A stretch of DNA of 64,000 bases from Nitrosopumilus sp. (lineage in GTDB: Archaea; Thermoproteota; Nitrososphaeria; Nitrososphaerales; Nitrosopumilaceae): the NCBI GenBank assembly GCA_965219345.1, contig OZ244732.1, forward strand, positions 768,001-832,000. The letters run 5' to 3'. Shown here piece by piece: positions 1 to 10,210 of the stretch. The notes beneath the pieces were generated by a model. That model did not search any database, had not been told where the DNA came from, and saw nothing but the letters and a program-made list of their open reading frames with translations. The translations under genes and the position numbers were made by a program. Each line of letters begins with the position of its first letter. Within the stretch, counting starts at the first letter, position 1.

Positions 1-677
1 TTTATTTTGGTTGGTCTAGACTCTATCTTTGTAAGATTGACATTTTCCTTGTGAAAACTCTCTATAATTCTATGTAAAGAACCTGGTTCATGTTTAATCG
101 AAAAAATAATTGAGGTTTTGTCATTTCCTGTTTCAGGACTGTTTGTTTTTGACAGTATCAGAAATCTTGTATAATTATCCAAATTATTAGCAACATTTTC
201 AGCAATAATAGGCATCTTATGTATGACTGATGCTGCTTTACTAGCTACACACGCACAATTTTTCTTATTTAATTCTTTGACAATTTTTACACTACCTGCT
301 GTATCATATGCCGGAATTGTTTTCATGTTATGTTGCTCAATAAATTTTCTACATTGACCTAAAGCTTGTGGATGTGAATAAATGGTATCTACTTCTTCTA
401 ATTTACCAATTCCAATTAAACAGTGTTCAATTCTATGGTAGATTTCACCTGTTGCATTTAGTGATGTTGTATACAGTAGATCATAGCTTTCGCCAACGCT
501 TCCTTCCAATGAATTCTCTACCGGCAAAATTGCATACTCTGTTTTATCTATGGACGTGTTTTCTAAAACTTCTGCAAATGTTGTAAGAGGGATAGTTTCA
601 ATTTCTTCATTAAAAAATGATCTTGCTGCAGCTTCACTGTATGCCCCTCGTTCACCTTGGAACGAAACATGAATCAT
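1..677 (-). CDS. pheA: Prephenate dehydratase (3' end runs off window)
   Basis: Manual translation from ATG 677: MIHVSFQGERGAYSE...PVENS.EG...SHPQALGQC...NYTRF...TKIESRP. Confidence 0.93.
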   Translation of the reverse strand, partial: MIHVSFQGERGAYSEAAARSFFNEEIETIPLTTFAEVLENTSIDKTEYAILPVENSLEGSVGESYDLLYTTSLNATGEIYHRIEHCLIGIGKLEEVDTIYSHPQALGQCRKFIEQHNMKTIPAYDTAGSVKIVKELNKKNCACVASKAASVIHKMPIIAENVANNLDNYTRFLILSKTNSPETGNDKTSIIFSIKHEPGSLHRIIESFHKENVNLTKIESRPTKI

Positions 678-680
678 TTC

Positions 681-1232
681 TTAATCTCTCAAATTGAAGA
701 AATCGCTTTTGCCAAAGTTTGTTGAAAGTTTTCTTTCATCAATCCATGCACATTCTGTACATTTTATGGCATCACGCATTGGTACAACTTTACCTCCACA
801 TTTTCTACATTTTGTGAATAAAATTCCTAAATGTGGTTCACTAATTGTTGCATGAATTGTACCATTAAGATGACTAAGAATCTTTAGTGCTACTATATCA
901 TTTACTAGTGCTACATTTCTTATTCTAATATTTCGCGTTCCACATATGCATTCCACTTTTGATGTAGTAGGTTTTCCATTAATGTAATCCATTGATACTG
1001 CAATCATAGATGACATCACAGCTGCAACTGTTCCAATAACAATGTCCCCATCTTTTGGAATTGATAGAGTTTTTGGATGCTTTACGCCAGCAACCCGTGT
1101 TGTCTTGTCAATATCTTTCTGTCCTATGGTTGCTGCTCGAACCATATCTCCATCATCGAAAGTGTTGTATCCGGCCTCATATTCTTCAATGGAAGCTATT
1201 TTGTCTCCTGGGAATGTTGCATTTTCAGACAT
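681..1232 (-). CDS. csl4: Exosome complex RNA-binding protein Csl4
   Basis: PGD..A..EEY N-terminus, S1 domain, C-terminal CxxC/CxxC Zn ribbon ending E.RKLS. Confidence 0.9.
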   Translation of the reverse strand: MSENATFPGDKIASIEEYEAGYNTFDDGDMVRAATIGQKDIDKTTRVAGVKHPKTLSIPKDGDIVIGTVAAVMSSMIAVSMDYINGKPTTSKVECICGTRNIRIRNVALVNDIVALKILSHLNGTIHATISEPHLGILFTKCRKCGGKVVPMRDAIKCTECAWIDERKLSTNFGKSDFFNLRD

Positions 1233-1319
1233 GCTGAGATTTTTGTTGTTAATGATTATAATTGTTTGTGGTCTGATGATCTTGGCAAATCATATATCTC
1301 TAAAAATTTGAAAAAAGTC

Positions 1320-2396
1320 ATGAAAGCTTTGGTATATGATCAATATACTGCAGATGATAATTTTTCTAAAATCTTAAAAATCAAAGATATTCCTTCTCCT
1401 GAACCAAAATCTAGTGAAATAGTTTTCAAGGTAAAAGTAGCAGCTCTTAACTATGATGATATTTGGGGAATGCGAGGAAAACCATTAGCAATCCCATTAC
1501 CACATATCTCTGGAACTGATGCTGCAGGAGAAGTTACTGCAGTCGGTAGTGATGTAAAAAATATCAAAGTAGGCGATAGAGTAGTTTCTCATGGAAATTT
1601 GTCATGTAGAGTTTGCAAAGCATGTACTGATGGAAGAGAATATGATTGCAGGAAACGAACTATTTGGGGTTTTGAAACAGGTCCACTTTGGGGTGGGTAT
1701 TGCGAAGAAACTCATCTTCCAGAAGTTAATGTTGTCAAGATTCCTGAAGGTATGTCATACGATGATGCTGCAGCTGCATCAATGACATTAGTTACATCAT
1801 GGCATATGCTTATTGGAAGAGCAAAAATTCAACCCGGACAATTAGTTTTGATTATGGGCGGCAGTTCTGGCGTAGGAAATTTTGGAATTCAAATCGCAAA
1901 ACTTTTTGGATGTACCGTAATTGCTACTGCTAGTCCTGATAAGTTAGATAAATTATTGGAACTGGGAGCTGATTATGCCATAAATCATAGAGATGAAAAC
2001 TGGCACAAAGAAGTGCGGTCAATTGCAAAAAATATTCCAAAACCTTTTGGAGATATGCCCGGAGTTGATGTAATTTTTGAACATATTGGCGGTTCTCATT
2101 GGAATAAAGAACTGACTTTGCTAAACTATGGAGGAACAATTGTGACTACCGGGGCCACAACAGGCTATGATGCCAAGACTGACTTACGTCATATTTTCTT
2201 TAAGGGAATCAACATTTTAGGCTCAACTCAAGGAACAAGAGCTGAATTAGAACAAGGTCTCTATTGGATGTCTCAAGATAAAATAAAATCTATAATTGAT
2301 TCGGTATATCCACTTGAACAGGCAGCAGAGGCTCACACCAAAATGCTCAAAGGCAAGGGACTTTTTGGAAAAATCTTAATGAAACCTAATTTATGA
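1320..2396 (+). CDS. Zinc-binding MDR-family dehydrogenase/reductase
   Basis: MKALVY start at 1320; structural Zn motif CRVCKACTDGREYDC; GGSSGVG Rossmann motif. Confidence 0.88.
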   Translation: MKALVYDQYTADDNFSKILKIKDIPSPEPKSSEIVFKVKVAALNYDDIWGMRGKPLAIPLPHISGTDAAGEVTAVGSDVKNIKVGDRVVSHGNLSCRVCKACTDGREYDCRKRTIWGFETGPLWGGYCEETHLPEVNVVKIPEGMSYDDAAAASMTLVTSWHMLIGRAKIQPGQLVLIMGGSSGVGNFGIQIAKLFGCTVIATASPDKLDKLLELGADYAINHRDENWHKEVRSIAKNIPKPFGDMPGVDVIFEHIGGSHWNKELTLLNYGGTIVTTGATTGYDAKTDLRHIFFKGINILGSTQGTRAELEQGLYWMSQDKIKSIIDSVYPLEQAAEAHTKMLKGKGLFGKILMKPNL

Positions 2397-3002
2397 TTGA
2401 TGATGACAGATCCAAAAGCAAATTCAATCTTAGATGAAGCAAATAGATTATTTCTCCAAGGAAAACCAAAAGAAGCAATTACATATTACAATAAAATTCT
2501 AAATGATAACCCAAAACACCTTAGTTCACTTAACAATAAGGGATATGCTCTAAGTAGACTCAAAGATTTTGATAGCGCTATGAAATGTTATGATATTGCT
2601 CTTCAACTGTATCCAAACGATCTTTCTGTATTGGTAAATAAAATTTCGACTATTCGTAAACAAGGAAACTTTGTTGAAGCATTATCGCTTTGTGATAAAA
2701 TTTTAAAGGACAACCCAAAATACAATGTTGTCTTATACCATAAAGAACGAATTTTGTTTTCTATGGAAAAATTTGAGGAATCCATTTTATGTTGCAATAA
2801 TATTTTGAAAGATTATCCGGATAATGGCGATGTTTTATTTGACAAATCATGTAATCTTGTAATGCTCTCAAACTTTGATGAAGCACTAAATCTACTTGAA
2901 CATGCAATTTCTCAAGGAATTCAATACAAAGTTAAGGCAAAAAAATCTAAATCATTTGAAAAATTATCAGATCATTCCAGATTCCAAAGGTTAGTGTCTT
3001 GA
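2397..3002 (+). CDS. Tetratricopeptide repeat protein
   Basis: Repeated TPR signatures (EAI.YY.K.L..NP, NNKGYAL..L). Confidence 0.85.
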   Translation: MMMTDPKANSILDEANRLFLQGKPKEAITYYNKILNDNPKHLSSLNNKGYALSRLKDFDSAMKCYDIALQLYPNDLSVLVNKISTIRKQGNFVEALSLCDKILKDNPKYNVVLYHKERILFSMEKFEESILCCNNILKDYPDNGDVLFDKSCNLVMLSNFDEALNLLEHAISQGIQYKVKAKKSKSFEKLSDHSRFQRLVS

Positions 3003-3998
3003 CTATAGCCAATGTGGAATTTCTAAATACCCTTCAATGCTTTCTTTTCGTAAAATTTTGAGAAGGGCATTTGCCTGAGGCGAGGACAATACTGGTTTGT
3101 CAAACTGATTGTCTGTGGAAATTCTTGGGCATGCTACTTGAACAAAAGCATCAATTCCTTTAAGATTTCTTAATCTCTCATTTGTAATATCAGTCAGTGC
3201 AAATAACTGAACTTCTTTCCCCTCTTTTTCCAATTCTTTTTTAATTTTTAAAGCAAATATCTTGGATAGTTGTCCTTCTTTTAGTCCTATAATTACTCCA
3301 AATGATTTTGCTTCAGCTGCTTTGTATATTGCAAGTGTGGCTTTCTTTTTTAATTTCTGTGCAAATTCTGTAACTTCTCTTACTTCATTAAAGTAAGGAT
3401 CCAAAACATATGTTGGTAAATTTGTTGACAGTGCAATTCCTGCTGCATGGAAATTACTTTGTCCTAAAAACACATAGGCATCCACTTCTTTTTTTAGTTC
3501 TGATGCAGGATAAAACTCACAACCAAATACTTGACCATCATTTAATTGTCCTTTTCCTTTTCCAATTTTGACTTGAATTCCATTTTCTGTTAAAATCTTT
3601 TCAACTTTATCTATCTGGTGTAAATGCTGACTATCTGTAACTAACGAAATTGTTTTTCCTTTTAATACATCTCCACATTTTTTTGCAACACCATCAAATT
3701 CAACATCATCAAAAGCATCAATTAAGACTAAATTTTTTTCTAGCGATTCAGTATTTATTGTATGTCCAATGTTGAATTGAATTTCTGCTCCCAGAACTTT
3801 TGAGCCATTTGAATTAAGGTCACAAGTTCCCCATGTTGTATCTGCTAAAACATATGCTGGAATTCCAAATTTTTTTGTAATTTTCATAGCAGTTTCTTGA
3901 ACCTGTGGCAAAATTCCATCAGGTCCATTTAATGAGACTGATACCGGATTTTTATCTTCAATTTCTTTGAAAATTCTTTCCTCATCTATTACTATCAA
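3003..3998 (-). CDS. dph2: Diphthamide biosynthesis enzyme Dph2
   Basis: WGTCD, GQVFGC and ACPRI cysteine motifs. Confidence 0.92.
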   Translation of the reverse strand: MIVIDEERIFKEIEDKNPVSVSLNGPDGILPQVQETAMKITKKFGIPAYVLADTTWGTCDLNSNGSKVLGAEIQFNIGHTINTESLEKNLVLIDAFDDVEFDGVAKKCGDVLKGKTISLVTDSQHLHQIDKVEKILTENGIQVKIGKGKGQLNDGQVFGCEFYPASELKKEVDAYVFLGQSNFHAAGIALSTNLPTYVLDPYFNEVREVTEFAQKLKKKATLAIYKAAEAKSFGVIIGLKEGQLSKIFALKIKKELEKEGKEVQLFALTDITNERLRNLKGIDAFVQVACPRISTDNQFDKPVLSSPQANALLKILRKESIEGYLEIPHWL

Positions 3999-4079
3999 TT
4001 CAGCTTGGAGTCGAACTTTATTAATTTAAATCAACTGTACTTACAACACCTAAAAATGTCTGAGTGATTCAACTAATTC

Positions 4080-5408
4080 ATGGTTGAAAAAACTGTTCTC
4101 AATATTGGGTTTGATGATACTGATTCCCCTAAAGGAATGTGTACCACATTTTTAGCATACAAAATTGTTGATTTTCTTCGAAAACAGAAAACTGAATTTC
4201 TTGACTTTCCAAGATTAATTCGGTTTAATCCTAACATTCCGTGGAAAACTCGTGGTAATGGTGCAGTTTCAATCAGAATAAAGACTAAACATCCTTCAAA
4301 GCTGAAAAATCAAATTAAAAATCTTGTTTCAAAATATTCTGATATTAAAAATGGGGCAAATCCCGGCTTAGTATTTTTTGAAAGTGATCTAATCCCTGCT
4401 GAATTTACAAATTTTAGTAATTTAGCTCTGTGGCAATTAATTAAAAGAAACAATGCAAAAAGATTTGCTGAAAAAAATGATCTTGAATTTTTCTATAAAG
4501 GAAATGGCCAAGGACTTGTTGGCGCAATTGGTGCAATAGGATATGATTTCCAAGATCACACATTAGAACTTTTGAGCTATCGTAAAAGGACAAAATTTGG
4601 AAAAGAAAGAAAAATTTCTACTGAAAGTGTGAAAATTATGCAGGAAAAAACTTCTCCAAATACGTTCAATAGTTTTGATACAAAGAAAGAACGAATTTTA
4701 ATTACTCCGCATGGCCCTGATCCTGTATTTTATGGTGTTAGAGGTGAAAATGTAGATTCATTAGTATATGCTACAAGGATTCTAAAAAGTGATGAAAAAT
4801 TAGATGGCTACATGATCTTCAAATCTAATCAAGGTACCGGGGATCATTTGAAAAACGAATTGAATTTTGAAAATATGAAACCTTACGCTTCTGGAAAAAT
4901 CAATGGAATTGTATCAAATACACCAAAACCTGTAAAAGGTGGACACGTCTTTTTCAAAATCCTTTCTAAAAATCATGAGTACTGGTGTGCTGTTTACAAA
5001 CCAACAGGAATTTCATCTATTGCTTCAAACTTGATTAAGGGGGATAAAATATGTGTAGGTGGCGGTGTTCGAAAAGCATCAAAAAAATTTCCTCGAACTG
5101 TTAATCTTGAATTCATTAATATTATTCACCTTGAAAAGAATCTTTCAAAATCTAATCCCATTTGCAAAAAATGTAACAAAAAAATGAAGTCTAAAGGTCA
5201 GAATCAAGGATTTCAGTGTATCCGATGTGGAAAAAAAGCTTCGAAAAAGATAACTGTTGAAATTTCAAGAAAAGTCAGAAAACAATTGTATATTCCAAAT
5301 ATGTCTGCTCATAGACACCTGACAAGGCCTTTACAACGCATTGGAATATCTAACAAAACTTCAAAATTTGATAAATCTCTTTCATGGTTTCGTGTTTATG
5401 GAAACTAA
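4080..5408 (+). CDS. tiaS: tRNA(Ile2) agmatinylcytidine synthetase
   Basis: GFDDTDS..GMCTT, NPNIPWKTRGNG, PHGPDPVFYGVRG, Zn ribbon, RHLTRP. Confidence 0.93.
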   Translation: MVEKTVLNIGFDDTDSPKGMCTTFLAYKIVDFLRKQKTEFLDFPRLIRFNPNIPWKTRGNGAVSIRIKTKHPSKLKNQIKNLVSKYSDIKNGANPGLVFFESDLIPAEFTNFSNLALWQLIKRNNAKRFAEKNDLEFFYKGNGQGLVGAIGAIGYDFQDHTLELLSYRKRTKFGKERKISTESVKIMQEKTSPNTFNSFDTKKERILITPHGPDPVFYGVRGENVDSLVYATRILKSDEKLDGYMIFKSNQGTGDHLKNELNFENMKPYASGKINGIVSNTPKPVKGGHVFFKILSKNHEYWCAVYKPTGISSIASNLIKGDKICVGGGVRKASKKFPRTVNLEFINIIHLEKNLSKSNPICKKCNKKMKSKGQNQGFQCIRCGKKASKKITVEISRKVRKQLYIPNMSAHRHLTRPLQRIGISNKTSKFDKSLSWFRVYGN

Positions 5409-5409
5409 G

Positions 5410-5484
5410 TAGCGGGGAGTAGATTTGAACTACTGATTTGCGGGTTATGAGCCCGCCGGGATGACCTGACTTCCCCACCCCGCT
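5410..5484 (-). tRNA. Initiator tRNA-Met (CAT)
   Basis: Reverse complement folds to a cloverleaf with A1-U72 and GGG-CTCATAA-CCC anticodon arm (three G-C pairs). Confidence 0.95.
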
Positions 5485-5566
5485 GATCCATAAATGAAGA
5501 TCAGCCGTATATACGCTTTATCAAATTTTTAAAGCAATTAATAGGATTTGAAAAGATTATCTTTCT

Positions 5567-6664
5567 GTGGACAAGAAAATTCGAATCATTGCAATAATTG
5601 CTGTTGGGATATTTTCTTTTTTTGTTCTAACATCTACGTCAGATCCTATTCCATTACCACTACCGTTGTCCACTTCAAATTCTGAAAGTGATTCTGTAAG
5701 TATTTTAGCTGAAAATCTTGACAAACCTCGTGCAATTGCTGTTTCTGATGACAGAATTTTTGTTACAGAAAAAGATGGATTCATTAGAGTTATTCAAGAC
5801 AATAATCTGTTAGAATCACCATTAGCTACATTACGCCCCGCCAATGTATTTGATGGAGGATTATTAGGCATTGCACTTCATCCAGATTTTTCAAATAATC
5901 ATTACATCTATGTATTTCTGACCTATGAGGAAGATGGATATTTGTGGAATAAGATTCTGCAAATAACTGAATCTGAAAATAAATTACAAGATGCTGAAAC
6001 TGTATTTGATAAAATTCCTGGTTCGACATTTACAAATGGTGGTTTTATAAAATTTGGACCTGACGGAAAATTATATGTAGGCACTGGAACCGTTTCTGAT
6101 TCATCTCACCTTCCACAAGAACTTGATTCCTTATCTGGAAAAATTTTAAGATTAAATGATGATGGCACTATCCCAAACGATAACCCATTTTCTGGTTCTC
6201 CAGTCTATTCCTTAGGACATCGAAACCCTCAAGGAATGACTTGGGATGATGATGGTAACATGTTTGTAGCAGAATTTGGACCTGAAAAAAATGACGAAAT
6301 TAATCTAATTCAAGCAGGAAAAAATTATGGCTGGCCTGAACAACAATGTTCCGGTAATGATAACTTTGAAAATCCCATTCTTTGTTATGATCCAAGCATT
6401 GAACCAGGCGGCATTCTATTTTATTCCGGAGATAAACTTGATTTTGAATCTCCATTCATTATGGCTTCTATGAGAGCAACTAATCTTTATCAGCTAGACT
6501 TTGATGAGGGGCTTAGCTCTCAAAAATCTATTCTCAGTGGAATTGGTCGTGTTCGTGATGTAGTACAAGGTTCTGATGGGAGTCTTTATGTAATAACTTC
6601 AAATACTGATGGAAAAGGTTTTCCAGATAGAATGGATGATAAATTATTGAGGATATTAAAATAA
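5567..6664 (+). CDS. PQQ-dependent sugar (glucose/sorbosone) dehydrogenase, membrane-anchored
   Basis: N-terminal TM; GLLGIALHPDF, FGPDGKLYV, GHRNPQG, NYGWP, GRVRDV. Confidence 0.9.
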   Translation: MDKKIRIIAIIAVGIFSFFVLTSTSDPIPLPLPLSTSNSESDSVSILAENLDKPRAIAVSDDRIFVTEKDGFIRVIQDNNLLESPLATLRPANVFDGGLLGIALHPDFSNNHYIYVFLTYEEDGYLWNKILQITESENKLQDAETVFDKIPGSTFTNGGFIKFGPDGKLYVGTGTVSDSSHLPQELDSLSGKILRLNDDGTIPNDNPFSGSPVYSLGHRNPQGMTWDDDGNMFVAEFGPEKNDEINLIQAGKNYGWPEQQCSGNDNFENPILCYDPSIEPGGILFYSGDKLDFESPFIMASMRATNLYQLDFDEGLSSQKSILSGIGRVRDVVQGSDGSLYVITSNTDGKGFPDRMDDKLLRILK

Positions 6665-6665
6665 A

Positions 6666-7922
6666 ATGCCCGACTCGTCAATTTCAAGATTTTTTGAAAA
6701 ATCAAGAAAAGAAAGATTAGATCTTGTTGCAAATTTCGCAAACCTCTCTGATGAAGAATTAGATATTTTGCAAAGCAATAATGGAGGAATTTCTTTTGAC
6801 AAGGCAGATAAAATGGTGGAAAACACTATTGGCACATTTTCACTTCCTTTGGGGGTTGCAACAAATTTCAAAATTAATGGAAAAGACTACCTCATTCCAA
6901 TGGTTATTGAAGAACCCTCTGTGATTGCAGCAGCGTCCAAAGGAGCCAAAATTGCAAGAATTAAAGGTGGATTTGAAGTTACAGCAGACGAATCTTACAG
7001 CATTGGTCAAATACAAGTGCTGGATGTCGATATTCCTTCTGCAATTCAAAAAATCAATGACTCTTCAAACGATATTCTCCAACTAGCAAATTCCAAAAGC
7101 AATACGTTGTCTAAAATGGGAAAAGGTGCAAAAGAAATCTCTTGTAAAGAAATTGATACACCATCTGGCAAAATGCTAATTGCCGAGATCTTAATTGATG
7201 TTGGAGATGCCATGGGTGCAAATATTACCAATACCATGTGCGAAGCTGTTTCACCCTTGATTGAAAAGATTTCAGGTGGACGAACATTACTTCGAATATT
7301 ATCAAATTATTCTACCAGAAGAATTGCAAAAGCAAAAGCAGTATTTGAAAAAGAGGCTGTCGGAGGAGAAGAAGTTGTTAATAATATTATTCTGGCATTT
7401 GAATTTGCTGATAATGATGTCTACCGAGCAGTTACCCATAACAAAGGTGTACTTAATGGAACTATAGCTGTTGCAAATGCAATTGGTCAGGACAGTAGAG
7501 CAATTGAAGCTGCAGCAAATGCTTATGCTGCAAAATCTGGCAGATATCGTTCTCTTAGTAAATGGAGTAAAGATAACGACGGTAATTTAGTTGGAACCCT
7601 GGAAATTCCTCTTTCTGTTGGAATTGTAGGTGGAATTGTAAATGTTCATCCCGTTGCTAAAGTTTGCACAAAGATTCTTGGGGTCTCAACGGCACAAGAG
7701 CTTGCATGTGTAATGATTGCTACTGGTCTAGCCCAAAATTATAGTGCTATTCGAGCTCTTGCAACTGAAGGAATTCAAAAGGGACACATGCGTCTGCACG
7801 CAAGAAATCTTGCTGCTGCTGCGGGAGCTACACCTGAACAGATAGATAAAATTGTTCAAAAAATGATTGAAGAAAAGAAAATTTCACTTGATAGAGCCAA
7901 AGAATTACTTGAGCAAATTTAA
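6666..7922 (+). CDS. mvaA: HMG-CoA reductase, class II
   Basis: EEPSVIAAAS, DAMGAN, THNKG, GIQKGHM.LHA. Confidence 0.93.
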   Translation: MPDSSISRFFEKSRKERLDLVANFANLSDEELDILQSNNGGISFDKADKMVENTIGTFSLPLGVATNFKINGKDYLIPMVIEEPSVIAAASKGAKIARIKGGFEVTADESYSIGQIQVLDVDIPSAIQKINDSSNDILQLANSKSNTLSKMGKGAKEISCKEIDTPSGKMLIAEILIDVGDAMGANITNTMCEAVSPLIEKISGGRTLLRILSNYSTRRIAKAKAVFEKEAVGGEEVVNNIILAFEFADNDVYRAVTHNKGVLNGTIAVANAIGQDSRAIEAAANAYAAKSGRYRSLSKWSKDNDGNLVGTLEIPLSVGIVGGIVNVHPVAKVCTKILGVSTAQELACVMIATGLAQNYSAIRALATEGIQKGHMRLHARNLAAAAGATPEQIDKIVQKMIEEKKISLDRAKELLEQI

Positions 7923-7955
7923 ACATGCGATTATATACCTAAAAAGTGAAAACAA

Positions 7956-8939
7956 TTGGAAATGTCTCAAGTAAGATTTGCTATCCCTAAAGGGAGCCTA
8001 GAGGATGCTACGTTCAAACTGTTAGAAAAATCTTGGACCAAAGTAAACAGAAAGAGTAGAGCTTATCGAGTATATCTTGATGATCCAAACATCATCATCA
8101 AGATGCTTCGTCCTCAAGAGATTCCAACTTTGGTTGCAGAGGGATTGTATGATGTGGGTATTACTGGCAAAGATTGGGTAGCTGAAACAAATTCTGATGT
8201 TGAACCCATTTTAGATTTAGAATATGGCAAAATTAGACTGGTTATAGCTTTTCCAGACAAATATCGTTACAAAAATCTTGACGAAATGATTGCAGATTAT
8301 GGCAAAAAGAAAAAAACACTTCGTATATCTTCAGAATATCTTACCACTGCCTCCAAATTTCTAAAACAATTAAAATCTTACAAAAAATATTATGGCTCTA
8401 AAGATCCACTAATTGTAACTCCATGGGTTAGATTGGGAACTAACAAAAATGTCCAAATTCATCTATCCTTTGGCGCAACTGAGGCAAAACCTCCCGAAGA
8501 TGTGGATGCAATAATGGATGTTACTGAAACTGGTACAACTCTAAAACAAAATAAATTGAAAATTGTTGATGAAGTGCTTGCCTCTACCGCACATTTGATT
8601 GTAAACAAGAAATCATTAAAGGATCCAAAAAAACGTGAAAAAATATTTGATATTGTAACCCTTATGAGAGGTGCCGTTCGTGGCAGAAAATATTTGCACA
8701 TTTACCTAAACGTTGAAGAGAAAAATCTGAAAAAACTTCTAACACAGATGCCCTCCCTCAAAAAACCTACATTAAGTCCCCTTAGTGAAAAGGGGTGGTA
8801 TGGGGTAAATACAGTCATAAAAAAAGATGAATTTTACAAACTTATCCCTAAATTGAGGAAGATTGCTCAAGGCCTCGTAGTTCATGAACCGCGACAAATA
8901 CTAGAGCTTGAGGAGATTAAACGTGACGAAGAAAATTGA
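7956..8939 (+). CDS. hisG: ATP phosphoribosyltransferase (long form)
   Basis: AIPKGSL, RPQEIP, GATE, DVTETGTTL, C-terminal PTLSPL regulatory domain. Confidence 0.95.
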   Translation: MEMSQVRFAIPKGSLEDATFKLLEKSWTKVNRKSRAYRVYLDDPNIIIKMLRPQEIPTLVAEGLYDVGITGKDWVAETNSDVEPILDLEYGKIRLVIAFPDKYRYKNLDEMIADYGKKKKTLRISSEYLTTASKFLKQLKSYKKYYGSKDPLIVTPWVRLGTNKNVQIHLSFGATEAKPPEDVDAIMDVTETGTTLKQNKLKIVDEVLASTAHLIVNKKSLKDPKKREKIFDIVTLMRGAVRGRKYLHIYLNVEEKNLKKLLTQMPSLKKPTLSPLSEKGWYGVNTVIKKDEFYKLIPKLRKIAQGLVVHEPRQILELEEIKRDEEN

Positions 8940-10210
8940 TAAGAATAATCAAAGTCACTAATGTTGAAAAATTTGCAGCCAAAATAATACCAAAACAGCC
9001 TCAAAAAAACAGAAGAATTGTAGAATCTGTTCTAAAAAATGTCAAAAAAAATGGAGACAAAGCAGTCCGTAAGTATGAAAAAAAATTCACTGGCGCAAAT
9101 CTTTCTTCATTACGGTTAACTCAAACAGAGATAAAAAATGCATACTCTAAAGTTTCTAAAACCGAACTCAGCGCATTACGTTTAGCGAAAGCTAGACTTG
9201 AAAAAACAGAATATGCAATTAAATCAATCTTAAAAAATAAAACTATTAACAACGATGGAATTAAAATCTCTAAAAAATTTATTCCGATTCGGAGCGCTGG
9301 ATGTTACATACCGGGTGGATTGGCAAAATATCCAAGCTCTGTAATAATGTCTGTAGTTCCAGCTAAAATTGCTGGTGTTAAAAGAGTTGTAGTAGTATCT
9401 CCTCCAAATTCAGATGGAAAAATTAACCCATTAACAACTGTATCTGCAAATATTTGTGGTGCTGATGAAATTTACAAAACGGGTGGTGCACAATCGATTG
9501 CAGCATTATCATACGGTACCAAGACAATTTCTAAAGTTGATAAAATTGTTGGTCCCGGAGGTTCATTTGTTACTACTGCAAAATCTTTGTTAAGTGATCA
9601 GACTGGAATCGATATGCTTGCAGGTCCGACTGAATTAGGAATTATCGCAGATAATTTAACTAATCCAAAATTTGTTGCACTAGATCTCATTTCTCAGGCT
9701 GAACACAGCCGTGATACTTTTTGTTATTTGATTACGACTTCTGAAAAACTTGCAAAATCTGTTCGCACAATTATCTCTGAACTAATGCCAAAAATCCAAA
9801 GAGGAAATTTTGTAAAATCCAGTCTAAAAAATAATGGATTTATTGCAATCTGCCAAACTAAATCTGATATGATACAACTTGCAAATACTTTGGCACCTGA
9901 ACACTTGGAAATAATGGCAAAAAATCCTGAGTCACTTTCCTCAAAAATCACTACGCCAGGACTAATTTTGCTTGGAAACAATACCCCTTCATCTGCTAGT
10001 GACTATGTTTTAGGCTCAAATCACATTCTTCCTACCAATGGATTTGGAAAAACTCGTGGGTCACTTTCAGTTTTAGACTTTATCAAGGTAAACACGCAGG
10101 TTACCTGCTCAAAATCATCACTATCCAAAATTTCAAAATACCTTGAAGTTTTAACGAATGCCGAAGGGCTTCCCAATCACTATGAGGCAGTTCGAGGTAG
10201 ACTAAAATGA
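8936..10210 (+). CDS. hisD: Histidinol dehydrogenase
   Basis: YIPGG..YPSS, AGPTE, SQAEH, APEHL, NHILPT. Confidence 0.95.
   Translation: MIRIIKVTNVEKFAAKIIPKQPQKNRRIVESVLKNVKKNGDKAVRKYEKKFTGANLSSLRLTQTEIKNAYSKVSKTELSALRLAKARLEKTEYAIKSILKNKTINNDGIKISKKFIPIRSAGCYIPGGLAKYPSSVIMSVVPAKIAGVKRVVVVSPPNSDGKINPLTTVSANICGADEIYKTGGAQSIAALSYGTKTISKVDKIVGPGGSFVTTAKSLLSDQTGIDMLAGPTELGIIADNLTNPKFVALDLISQAEHSRDTFCYLITTSEKLAKSVRTIISELMPKIQRGNFVKSSLKNNGFIAICQTKSDMIQLANTLAPEHLEIMAKNPESLSSKITTPGLILLGNNTPSSASDYVLGSNHILPTNGFGKTRGSLSVLDFIKVNTQVTCSKSSLSKISKYLEVLTNAEGLPNHYEAVRGRLK

Noticed and set aside
1077-1319. N-terminal extensions in the ORF track (1077, also 17121, 27145, 30940)
   Set aside because: They overlap neighbouring genes or IS ends; family-typical starts lie downstream
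6666-7922. Bacterial-type class II HMG-CoA reductase as a novelty
   Set aside because: Class II enzymes are known in archaea and this gene sits in the core region
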